Shown in pieces: positions 32,037 to 40,743 of a stretch of 64,000 nucleotides of DNA; positions within the stretch are counted from its first letter, which is position 1, and each line of letters begins with the position of its first letter. The notes beneath the pieces are model-generated. The model did no database searches and was not told the origin of the DNA. It was given only the letters and a program-made list of their open reading frames with translations. The stretch comes from Myxococcota bacterium (GTDB lineage Bacteria > Myxococcota > UBA4151). A program made the translations under genes and the position numbers. The stretch spans positions 52,529 to 116,528 of the forward strand of contig JAYZBQ010000009.1 in assembly GCA_036338695.1 (NCBI GenBank), read 5' to 3'.

Positions 32037-34226
32037 ATGACCCGTAGCCACCGTCAAACCTCGATCCGCCTGATCTCCGATCGCCCGATGAACTCGGCGC
32101 CTGTGAGCAACGGCTGGGACTTAACCAAGGAATTCGGGAGCGACGTCTTCACCGATGATGTGATGAAGCGTCTGCTCCCCGCCGAAGCCTACGCCGATCT
32201 ACGCCAAACGATCGATCAGGGTGTTGCCCTGAACGAGACCACCGCCGAGGCGGTGGCCAACGCCATGCGCTCGTGGGCGCAAGAGCGTGGGGCGACCCAC
32301 TACACACACTGGTTTCAGCCGATGACCGGCTTGACCGCCGAGAAGCACGACTCCTTCTTGGACTTGAGCAACGGCAAGGCGATCATCAAGTTTGATGGCA
32401 GCCAGCTGGTTCAAGGTGAGCCGGACGCCTCGAGCTTCCCATCCGGCGGCATCCGGCAGACCTTCGAGGCTCGTGGTTACACCGCTTGGGACCCCTCGAG
32501 CCCGGCCTTCATCCGGCGCGACCCGACCGGTTGCACGCTGTGCATCCCGACGGCCTTCTGCTCCTATACCGGCGAGGCGCTCGACGAGAAGACCCCGTTG
32601 ATGCGCGCCGGCGAGACGCTGCAGCGGCAAGCGGTCAAGGTCGCGCATTTGCTCGGTCACGAATCCGTCAAGCGGGTGTTCACGACCGTCGGCTGTGAGC
32701 AAGAGTACTTCCTCATCGACAAACAGTTCTTCGTCCAACGCCCGGACCTCGTCAACGCTGGCAGGACCCTGTTCGGTGCGCCTCCGCTCAAGGGGCAAGA
32801 GCTGGACGATCACTACTTCGGGGCGATTCGCAAGCGCGTCATGGCGTTCATGGAAGACGTCGATCGAGAGCTCTGGCGTCTCGGCGTCCCGGCCAAGACC
32901 CGCCACAACGAAGTGGCGCCAACCCAGTTCGAGCTCGCCCCCATCTTCGAGGCGAGCAACGTCTCGGTCGACCACAACATGCTGACGATGGAGGTGCTGC
33001 GCAACGTCGCAGACCGCCACAACTTTACCTGCCTGCTTCACGAGAAGCCCTACGCCGGCGTCAACGGCAGCGGTAAGCACGTGAACTGGTCGCTGAGCTG
33101 CGACGAGCGGGGGAACCTGCTCAACCCTGGCTCGACGCCTCAAGACAACATCAGCTTCTTGTTCCACCTTGCGGCGATCATCTCGGGCGTGAACCAGTAC
33201 GCTCCGCTGCTGCGCGCCTCCATTGCGCACTCGGGTAACGACCATCGACTCGGCGCCAACGAGGCGCCTCCGGCGATCATCTCAGCCTATCTCGGCGATC
33301 AGCTTACGGCGATCGTCGACGCGATCGTCAGCGGTGAGCAGTTGGCTGAAGGAGACGGTGGCATCATGCGGCTCGGCGTCGAGGCGCTGCCGCCGCTGAC
33401 CAAGGACCCGACCGATCGCAACCGCACCTCGCCCTTCGCCTTTACCGGCAACAAATTTGAGTTTCGAGCAGCCGGCTCGAGCCAGAGCGTTGCGGTGGTC
33501 AACACGGTCTTGTGTACGGTCGCAGCCGAGAGCTTATCGCAAATGGGCGCGCTGCTCGAGAGCAAGCTCAGCAGCGGCGTCGCGCGGGCAGACGCCGTCT
33601 TTGAGACCATCAAAGAGACGCTGACGGCGCATCATCGCGTGATCTTCAAGGGTGACGGCTACTCGGACGACTGGGTCACGGACGCCGAAGCGCGCGGCCT
33701 GCCGAACCTACGCTCAACTCCCGACGCGCTCCCCGCCTGGGTCAGCGACTCGGCGATTGCGCTGTTCTCGTCCCACGCAGTGCTCAGCGAGCGTGAGCTG
33801 CGGGCGCGCCACGAGGTCGCCTGCGAGAAGTACAACACGCACATCACCATCGAAGGGCGCTGCAGCTCCCACATGGTCCGCACGATGATCCTGCCGGCGC
33901 TGCTGGCTTTCCAGCGACGCGTGGGAGACGCCATCGTCTCCTCAAAGGCGGCTGGACTCGACGACCGAGCGCTGACAGCGCAGACGACGCTCCTTCAAGA
34001 GCTCTCAAGCTACTACAACGAGATCGACAAGCGCTGCCAAGCGGTCGAGGCAGGGCTCGCCAAGGCTGAAGCCATCGAGCATGCGCCCGAGGCGCTTCAG
34101 ACGTTCAAGGCTGAGGTGCTGGATCGGCACGCTGTGCTGCGTGAGGTCGTCGACACGGTCGAGGGCATCGTCGAAGATCGCCTCTGGCCTCTGCCGAAGT
34201 ACCACGAGATGCTGACGGTCTACTAG
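32037..34226 (+). CDS. glnN: Glutamine synthetase type III
   Basis: 729 aa. HYTHWFQP, AEKHDSF, EPDASSFPSGG, HNEVAP, HRLGANEAPP, DRNRTSPFAFTGNKFEFR. Confidence 0.96.
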   Translation: MTRSHRQTSIRLISDRPMNSAPVSNGWDLTKEFGSDVFTDDVMKRLLPAEAYADLRQTIDQGVALNETTAEAVANAMRSWAQERGATHYTHWFQPMTGLTAEKHDSFLDLSNGKAIIKFDGSQLVQGEPDASSFPSGGIRQTFEARGYTAWDPSSPAFIRRDPTGCTLCIPTAFCSYTGEALDEKTPLMRAGETLQRQAVKVAHLLGHESVKRVFTTVGCEQEYFLIDKQFFVQRPDLVNAGRTLFGAPPLKGQELDDHYFGAIRKRVMAFMEDVDRELWRLGVPAKTRHNEVAPTQFELAPIFEASNVSVDHNMLTMEVLRNVADRHNFTCLLHEKPYAGVNGSGKHVNWSLSCDERGNLLNPGSTPQDNISFLFHLAAIISGVNQYAPLLRASIAHSGNDHRLGANEAPPAIISAYLGDQLTAIVDAIVSGEQLAEGDGGIMRLGVEALPPLTKDPTDRNRTSPFAFTGNKFEFRAAGSSQSVAVVNTVLCTVAAESLSQMGALLESKLSSGVARADAVFETIKETLTAHHRVIFKGDGYSDDWVTDAEARGLPNLRSTPDALPAWVSDSAIALFSSHAVLSERELRARHEVACEKYNTHITIEGRCSSHMVRTMILPALLAFQRRVGDAIVSSKAAGLDDRALTAQTTLLQELSSYYNEIDKRCQAVEAGLAKAEAIEHAPEALQTFKAEVLDRHAVLREVVDTVEGIVEDRLWPLPKYHEMLTVY

Positions 34227-34227
34227 C

Positions 34228-36435
34228 TCAGACGAGCTCCCAGCGCCGACGCAATAACACGGCGAGCAGCGCAGGGAGGATGACGAGCGTCATCCACCAC
34301 GGGGTGTTCCACAGCGGCTCTTGCCGCATGGCCTCCACGCGCTCGCCTTGGCGCGAGGCGTCGAGCGGCACGTCGCCTAAGCGCTTGGTGTTCCAATCAA
34401 ATAGCGCACCTCGAGACGCCTTTGCGAGGGTCTCTAAGGTCTGCCGATCCGGGCCCACCAGACGTCGCTCCAAGCTGGGCTGCCCGGCGATCACGACCGC
34501 CTCCGCTCGAGCGCGCTCGCGCCCCTTGACGCGAGCGATCGCCTGGAGCGTCCAGTCCCCGGGGGCGAGATCCGGCACCGTCAGCTGGACCTGCCCCTGA
34601 GGGTCCGTGCGAGCCTGCAAACGGCGAACATCGTGCCCCGGCTGCGTGAGCGACAGCTCAACCTCAGCGCCCGCTTGCGGGAGCCAGTCGTCCCCTTTGA
34701 GGGTGAGTCGAACCGGCAACGCTTCGCCGCGCGCCAGCGTGGACGGCAGGTCGTCCCAGGTCAGCCGACTAAAAGCTGGGTCGCTGCTCAACCAACGCAG
34801 CATGTTGTGCCAGATGCGGTAAAATGGGCGGCTGGATTGCGGCCGAGCGGCTGCGGGGAGCTGCCATCGCCAGAGGCTGTCGACGGCGAGCGCGAGCGCC
34901 CGGCCTCGGCCAGCGGGCGCCGCCACCAGGATCGGCTCTTGGCGCTCGGCTCGATGTTCGGGGTGGGCGAGAACGACCGCTGCGCCTGGCTTAGCATCAC
35001 CCAGCCGGTTCCGACCCATGAGCAGCGGCAACGACGCCAGCTCGTCTTGGACGTCACCTTTTTGACCTAAGCTTAAGATCGGATGATTTGGCGCCACGGC
35101 GATGGGAACAAAGGGGCGGTGATCGGCTTGTTGAGGGGTGATCTCTACGGGCAGCAAGCGGGCGATCTCGGTGTTTTGATACTGTCCCTCAAAAAAGCTC
35201 CGCTCACCACCGATCATCGCAAAGCCACCACCGTCCTCTTCAACAAACTGACGAATGCGCCCTAGATAGCGTCCGACGCTGTAGGGCGCGTAGTTAAAGT
35301 CGACGAAAAGGACGACGTCGAAGGTGTGCAGCTGCTCTTCAAACAGCTCTCGCTCGGGAAACGGGATCAAACTCATCTCGTCTTCAGGGACGCGGCTGCT
35401 GTCTTCTGGGGTACGCAGGATGAAAAAACTCACCAGGTCAACGCCCGGATCTTCCTTGAGCAGGCGCCTGATGTAGCGAACATCCCACGTTGGAGCGCCG
35501 GCCACGAGTAAGACTCTCAAACGGTCTCGAACGACGTCCATCGGGACCAAAAGGACATTGTTCGAGAGGTCCTCTTCATTGCTTAGAGGCGGTGTCGAGA
35601 TCCGGATCACCTGCCGCCCGACGCGCATCGGCTTGAACGAAAGGTCGATCTCGACCTGAGCAGGGTCGCCCTGAAGCGTCACCTTGCGCAGCTGATCAGG
35701 AGTACCCGGGATTTGCACCTTGATCATCGCCTCGAAGCCATCGAGCCCACGCCCTGAGACCGCCAGCCGGAGGGTGCGGGTGTTGCGGACAAAGGCGAGC
35801 GGAGCTTCTCCGGCTAGGCTCAGCGCAATATCCCGGCCGCTGCCTTTACCGGGCGCTAGGAAAAAGACCGGAACGTCGAGCGCTGCGATGCGCTGCTCAA
35901 GGTCGAGGGGGCGTTCTTGCGTGACGCCGTCGGTGAGCACGATCACGCCAGCGATGGGTGAGCCGTCGACCGATGCGACCGCCTCTTCAATGCTCGCAAC
36001 CAGGTAGCTGCGCATACCGTCTGGTGGCTGATCCAAAGCGGCCAGCTCCAGCGGCTCGACCCCCTCGGAAAATGCGTACTTAAGCAACGAGAATTCTCGC
36101 TGTAACTGATCCAATTGATCCTGAGATAACAGCCGCTGAACAGCCTCTCGACGCGCCTCAATATCCATCGAGGCGCTGCGGTCGAGCAGCACCAACACCG
36201 TCCCGGGCACCGGCACCACGCGCTCATAGCGCATGCCGGGCCCGAGCAAGGTGATCAGGACCCCGACGCCCGACAGCAGCCTGAGCGCTTGAAGCACCCC
36301 TCTTCGCCGCCGCGCGAGCGTACCGCTTGCGCGCCACAGCAGCGCCAGCATGACACAGGTCAGAGCGAGCGCGAACCACCACGCCGAGGACGACACCATC
36401 GGTTCCCATGCGAGGCTCTGGCGCCAGTCGTTCAT
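34228..36435 (-). CDS. Membrane protein with vWA and glutamine-amidotransferase-like (GATase1-like) domains
   Basis: N- and C-terminal TMs, MIDAS DRSASM...TDG, 'SLIPFPERELF', 'GGGFAMIGG'. Confidence 0.75.
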   Translation of the reverse strand: MNDWRQSLAWEPMVSSSAWWFALALTCVMLALLWRASGTLARRRRGVLQALRLLSGVGVLITLLGPGMRYERVVPVPGTVLVLLDRSASMDIEARREAVQRLLSQDQLDQLQREFSLLKYAFSEGVEPLELAALDQPPDGMRSYLVASIEEAVASVDGSPIAGVIVLTDGVTQERPLDLEQRIAALDVPVFFLAPGKGSGRDIALSLAGEAPLAFVRNTRTLRLAVSGRGLDGFEAMIKVQIPGTPDQLRKVTLQGDPAQVEIDLSFKPMRVGRQVIRISTPPLSNEEDLSNNVLLVPMDVVRDRLRVLLVAGAPTWDVRYIRRLLKEDPGVDLVSFFILRTPEDSSRVPEDEMSLIPFPERELFEEQLHTFDVVLFVDFNYAPYSVGRYLGRIRQFVEEDGGGFAMIGGERSFFEGQYQNTEIARLLPVEITPQQADHRPFVPIAVAPNHPILSLGQKGDVQDELASLPLLMGRNRLGDAKPGAAVVLAHPEHRAERQEPILVAAPAGRGRALALAVDSLWRWQLPAAARPQSSRPFYRIWHNMLRWLSSDPAFSRLTWDDLPSTLARGEALPVRLTLKGDDWLPQAGAEVELSLTQPGHDVRRLQARTDPQGQVQLTVPDLAPGDWTLQAIARVKGRERARAEAVVIAGQPSLERRLVGPDRQTLETLAKASRGALFDWNTKRLGDVPLDASRQGERVEAMRQEPLWNTPWWMTLVILPALLAVLLRRRWELV

Positions 36436-36436
36436 C

Positions 36437-37171
36437 TTATTGACGCCGCTTCAGCAGGAACGGGATGTGCACCTGATCGGCTTTGTAGTCGGTGCACAGT
36501 GCATACATCAGCAGGTTAATCCCAAAACGGACCGCTCGCTCACGCTGGGCTTCGCCGCCTGGCTCACAGGTGAACGCCCAAGCACCGAACTCATCGCGTA
36601 GCAGCGCGCCCGAAAGGTCAACATCTGCTGCCAGCGCCACCATCCGGCCGTCGAGCTGCGCGCAGCGTGGTTGCCCCTCGGCTAGGCCGCGCCCGATCGG
36701 TTGATCGAGTAGATAGAACGATCGATAGACGACGTGCTCCTTCGTCAAGGTGGCGCCGGCGTCCGCCGGGAGCTGGCGCAGCACGCGTTCAAGACAGCGC
36801 TCGCCGAACCCGTCGCCCGGCCGAAGCGAGTCAAAGTAGATCATCCCGCCGCTGCGGATGTAATGCGCCAAGCGGCGCCAGCGCGCTTGCGGCCACTCGG
36901 GCGCAGCGCCTTGGCCGACGCAGATCACCAGCGGGTAATCAAACAGCTCGGGCGCCTCGACATCGACGATCACGGGAGCGCTTGCGACCGAGATCGAGGT
37001 GCGTGACTCCACCTCAAGGCCCAAGCGAGTCCAGCCTTTGAGCCGCGCGCTCGCCTCGCCGGCATCGATCAGCGCAAACGCCACCTGGCTGGCGCGCCCG
37101 AACGCAGCGGCCACAGACGGCCAGCCGACCCCCGCTAAGGACAGGAGTTTTACGAAGCGCTTACGATCCAT
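36437..37171 (-). CDS. DUF4159-like protein
   Basis: 'LFDYP', 'YIRSGGMIYFD', 'HVVYRSFYLL', 'RFGINLLMYALCTDYKADQVH'. Tat-like N-terminus MDRKRF. Confidence 0.75.
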   Translation of the reverse strand: MDRKRFVKLLSLAGVGWPSVAAAFGRASQVAFALIDAGEASARLKGWTRLGLEVESRTSISVASAPVIVDVEAPELFDYPLVICVGQGAAPEWPQARWRRLAHYIRSGGMIYFDSLRPGDGFGERCLERVLRQLPADAGATLTKEHVVYRSFYLLDQPIGRGLAEGQPRCAQLDGRMVALAADVDLSGALLRDEFGAWAFTCEPGGEAQRERAVRFGINLLMYALCTDYKADQVHIPFLLKRRQ

Positions 37172-37240
37172 CAACGTCTTCCTGAGCGCAAAGCCTTCTT
37201 TGCCCAAACCCGACCTTCATGGCAGGTTGGGAGGGGAACC

Positions 37241-38689
37241 ATGAGCGAGACGAGACGCATGCGCAAGCACACCCTCCCTTGGGCGGTTATCTTATTGGTC
37301 AACGTTCTGGCTACCGGTTGCTTCGATATTGAAGAACAGATCACCGTGTCGTTGATTTCCGTCGATGAAGGGCGGGCAGAGCTGCAGGCGAGCATGATCT
37401 TTCGTGACGCCCCGGTCGACGACGGTGAGATGGTCACCTTTCGCACCGACAAAGGAAGTTTTGACGAGCAACGAGAGCAGACGGTGATCGAGGTCGCCGC
37501 CAGCGCAGGCGTCGCGACCGTCACGCTCTACCGAGCCTGTGACCTCAGCGATGCGACCGTCTCGGCGAGTTTTCGAACCCTCAACCGCACCACGCCTTCC
37601 GCCACGCTCTCGGTCGACTTCGTCGAGCCCAAGAGGGTGACCAACCGTGACCTGGGGTTCACCTGCGCAGCGACCAATATTGCCGCGCTCGACGAGGGCT
37701 TGGTGGGCGAGACCTTCTCGATCGACTGTACGCTCAACGCGCCCAACCGCGCGGCGCTGGATCCAGGCTTTGCTGCAGAGGCGGGTCGGTTTGTACTCGG
37801 CGATGCACCCGGCAACCAACGCTGCGCCGTGCGACCGATCACCTACCAGGTCGTCGTCGGAGAAGATCAGCCGCGCAACGTCGCCCCCTTGCCGCATCGC
37901 TGCATCGATGAGCTGAGCTACCCATCGGCGGGGGACGGACGCGAGGGTCCGGATACCTACCGCAACCCGCGCGACGGCCTGGTGACCTTGATCGCCTTTG
38001 CGCGCGGCGCCGAGGGCTTTGACGACAGCAACCAAAACGGTGTCTGGGACCTGGGCGAACCCTTTGATGATCTCCCCGAGCCCTTCGTGGATGCCGACGA
38101 TAACAACCAGTGGACGCCGGGGGAGTGGTATCAGGACGTCAACGGGAACGGGAGCTGGGACGCGGGCAACGGTCGCTACGACGCCGAGACGGTGATCTGG
38201 AAAGAGAGCTACATGATCTGGTCCGGGCAGCCCTGGACTGCGGACCAAGACAAAGCGAGCAGGCTCTCGACCTCCCCCGGATTTGAGTCGATGATGCCGG
38301 CCGCAGGTGAGGGGCGCACGGTGTTGATTCGCGTCGTGGATCGCAACCTGAACCCGATCGCTGCCCACGGAACCAACGATCAACTGCGCGTCGAGGCGAG
38401 CCGAGACCTTGAGCTCGTCTATGGCGCCGAGAGCCGCATCAACCAGTCGATGGGGTTAATCGTGGGCGCAGACGGCAGCATCAACCACATGCTCGAGGGC
38501 AACGCCTGCGACCAACCGGCGGGTCGCTCGTTCACCGCGCGTGTGCGCGACACACGCACGGATGAGGACTGCGAGGCGGCGCTGGTGAGCGTGACCGCCG
38601 AGGTCCGCTACACGCCGGCGCCCGGGGTGCGGCAGCAGACGGTGCAGCTGCTTCCGCTGGAAGGAAGGCTGCGTGCGTGTAACCCATGA
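37241..38689 (+). CDS. Lipoprotein with Ig-like domain and Dx[DN]xNG calcium-binding-like repeats
   Basis: LATGC lipobox. DSNQNG / DADDNN / DVNGNG repeats with GEPF/GEW. Confidence 0.7.
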   Translation: MSETRRMRKHTLPWAVILLVNVLATGCFDIEEQITVSLISVDEGRAELQASMIFRDAPVDDGEMVTFRTDKGSFDEQREQTVIEVAASAGVATVTLYRACDLSDATVSASFRTLNRTTPSATLSVDFVEPKRVTNRDLGFTCAATNIAALDEGLVGETFSIDCTLNAPNRAALDPGFAAEAGRFVLGDAPGNQRCAVRPITYQVVVGEDQPRNVAPLPHRCIDELSYPSAGDGREGPDTYRNPRDGLVTLIAFARGAEGFDDSNQNGVWDLGEPFDDLPEPFVDADDNNQWTPGEWYQDVNGNGSWDAGNGRYDAETVIWKESYMIWSGQPWTADQDKASRLSTSPGFESMMPAAGEGRTVLIRVVDRNLNPIAAHGTNDQLRVEASRDLELVYGAESRINQSMGLIVGADGSINHMLEGNACDQPAGRSFTARVRDTRTDEDCEAALVSVTAEVRYTPAPGVRQQTVQLLPLEGRLRACNP

Positions 38690-39396
38690 AACGGCGCGTC
38701 GATCTGCTCAGCTGCCTGCGCTGCGGTCACCAGCCCCTCGAGCGTCAAGGACCGATCGCACGCTGTAACGAGTGTGGTCGGGCCTACCCGTTGAGGCGCC
38801 CCGGCTTGATCGACTGCCTCCCGGCGGCAGCGGATGACGAGCGGCGGCTCGAGCGCCTGCTCAGCCCACGCCAGTGGTTACGCCTTGGCAAAGAGGCGTA
38901 CACGCGACGCCTCACCCCGCCCGACCCCGACCTGCACGAGACCATGCGCAGCCACGCCGGCGGTCTTCTCTTACAGATCGGCTGCGGCTCCGGGCGCATG
39001 CTCGATGAGCTCGCAGTGCATCCATGGCGGCTGCGCATCGGTGTGGACCGGCGTCTTGCGCCGCTGCTGCGCGCCCATCGCTCGCCGCTTAGCGGCGCGC
39101 AGTGCCTGCTGGTGCGCGCCAGCCCGTATCGCATCCCCTTACGCGACAAGCTGATCGATGCGATCGTCATCAACCACCTATTTTCAGTCTTTAAGGACCC
39201 GAGCGCAGTGGTGTTCGAAGCGGTCAGGCTGCTTGCGCCCGCCGGCGTGCTGGTCTGCCGCGTCGAGCGCCGGCATCACGAACCCTTGCGGCGCCTCTTA
39301 GCCAGCGCCGGGTTCGCCTACTACCGTCTAGGTGATTGGTGGGTCAGTAAGCGTCTCGTTGCTCAGTCCGAGGCGCTCGCTGAGCGGGCGCGATAA
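38686..39396 (+). CDS. Class I SAM methyltransferase with N-terminal Zn-ribbon
   Basis: CxxC...CxxC N-terminus, IGCGSG, 'VRLLAPAG'. ATGA overlap with the upstream gene. Confidence 0.7.
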   Translation: MKRRVDLLSCLRCGHQPLERQGPIARCNECGRAYPLRRPGLIDCLPAAADDERRLERLLSPRQWLRLGKEAYTRRLTPPDPDLHETMRSHAGGLLLQIGCGSGRMLDELAVHPWRLRIGVDRRLAPLLRAHRSPLSGAQCLLVRASPYRIPLRDKLIDAIVINHLFSVFKDPSAVVFEAVRLLAPAGVLVCRVERRHHEPLRRLLASAGFAYYRLGDWWVSKRLVAQSEALAERAR

Positions 39397-39968
39397 ACGA
39401 CCGCAGGCGGCGTATTTTTCCAAACCACGTCGCTGACCGCGACGGTCTCGAAGTGCTCCTCGAGCAGGCGCCTAAAGCGCCGGCCAGCTGGCAGCTTGAG
39501 GCCCTGAAGATAGGCAAACGTCGTAAAATGACCGCCCGGCGCGATCGACGCCTGAATGGCGCCGAGGATCGCTCGCTGCAGCGGCTCGTCAAAGATACTA
39601 AACGGCAGACCACAGATCACGGCATCGAAGGGCTCAAGCCCGCGCTTATCTGCGTAGCGGTGCAGCTCCGAGGCGTCACCGTGGACCAAGTCCAAGTCCG
39701 GATAGCGCTGGCTAAGCAGCCTGACCCAGTGCTCATCCTTCTCGACGCTTAGAAAGGTCGCTTCCTCTGGCAGCAGCGAGCGTATCCGTTCGGTGACGAC
39801 CCCTGTCCCGGGACCGAGCTCGGCGATGGAGCGACCGGTCTCGATACCCACCTCGCGGGTCAACTCGGCCACAAGGTAACGCGACGAGGGCGCAACGGCA
39901 CCTGTCGTGCCCGGCTTGACGACAAACCGCCCCAAAAATCGCAAATAATCTATGAGCCGTGTTGCCAA
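39363..39968 (-). CDS. SAM methyltransferase, phospholipid N-methyltransferase (PmtA-like) family
   Basis: GAVAPSS..L, ELGPGTG, GDA, CGLPF, W.NTPPA.VY. Start uncertain (TTG). Confidence 0.75.
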   Translation of the reverse strand: MATRLIDYLRFLGRFVVKPGTTGAVAPSSRYLVAELTREVGIETGRSIAELGPGTGVVTERIRSLLPEEATFLSVEKDEHWVRLLSQRYPDLDLVHGDASELHRYADKRGLEPFDAVICGLPFSIFDEPLQRAILGAIQASIAPGGHFTTFAYLQGLKLPAGRRFRRLLEEHFETVAVSDVVWKNTPPAVVYRARSASASD

Positions 39969-40561
39969 AGATCCACCGTGCGGAGGCGCTCGCGTCTTAG
40001 GATAAGCCGCTTCACCCCGCGCGGGGCGCCCTCGTGGGGCACAATATCGACGAAATTCTCGTCCAAGTCACTCGCTAAATAACCGGTGATTTCGCGACCG
40101 TCTTCGGTCACGAGCCGCCGCCCCGAACCCGGGAGCACGCCCCCGTCGGTCGCCAACATCACCGCCTGAACGCGCCGCCGCGAAAACCCCTTTCCGTCAA
40201 CGCTCGGTGACGGCGCCCAGAGCACGTGCCCTTTGAGCCGCTGCCCATCGTTGAGGATCACCTGACCCGGACCGTGCACGGCGCCGGGTAGCACCGGCAC
40301 TTGAGCAGGAGCCGGAAGCGGCTGCTCATTCGCGACCACGCCGCGCCGGTAGAGCTCGGGGAAGTCATCAAAGAAGTCACAGCCCGGCAACGGGTCTGCG
40401 CGAAGCGCTGCGGTTCCCCGGGTCGAGCGTTTGCGCTGCTTCTGCGCCAACCGCCGCCCGAGCTGTCGGTACTCCTCCTCCTCTTCGGGTGTCAGCAACC
40501 CCCCTTTACGCTTGGCGGCGAGCAGCTTGAACCGGTCGATCTGGGCCTGGGTACCGCTCAT
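39950..40561 (-). CDS. Hypothetical protein
   Basis: Start overlaps the upstream stop (ATGA) in a coupled operon. No recognised motif. Confidence 0.6.
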   Translation of the reverse strand: MSGTQAQIDRFKLLAAKRKGGLLTPEEEEEYRQLGRRLAQKQRKRSTRGTAALRADPLPGCDFFDDFPELYRRGVVANEQPLPAPAQVPVLPGAVHGPGQVILNDGQRLKGHVLWAPSPSVDGKGFSRRRVQAVMLATDGGVLPGSGRRLVTEDGREITGYLASDLDENFVDIVPHEGAPRGVKRLILRRERLRTVDLWQHGS

Positions 40562-40743
40562 GGTCGGCGACGCCAGAAGACCAGCACCGTGAGGCAGTGA
40601 TGGCTCGAGTCAGAGCTCTGACGGACCTCGGTGTTCACGACCATCAGGTCAGGGTGCTCGATCAGAAACCGGGTCACCCGCTCGCCGATTTTTTCTCGCT
40701 CAGAAGCGAGCGTCGCCGAGAAGACCTCGAGGCCGTCATACAT
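40558..40743 (-). CDS. Small (61 aa) hypothetical protein MYDGLEVFSAT...QSSDSSHHCLTVLVFW
   Basis: Fills the gap between two genes with overlaps at both ends. Beta-alpha-beta-beta pattern. Confidence 0.7.
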   Translation of the reverse strand: MYDGLEVFSATLASEREKIGERVTRFLIEHPDLMVVNTEVRQSSDSSHHCLTVLVFWRRRP

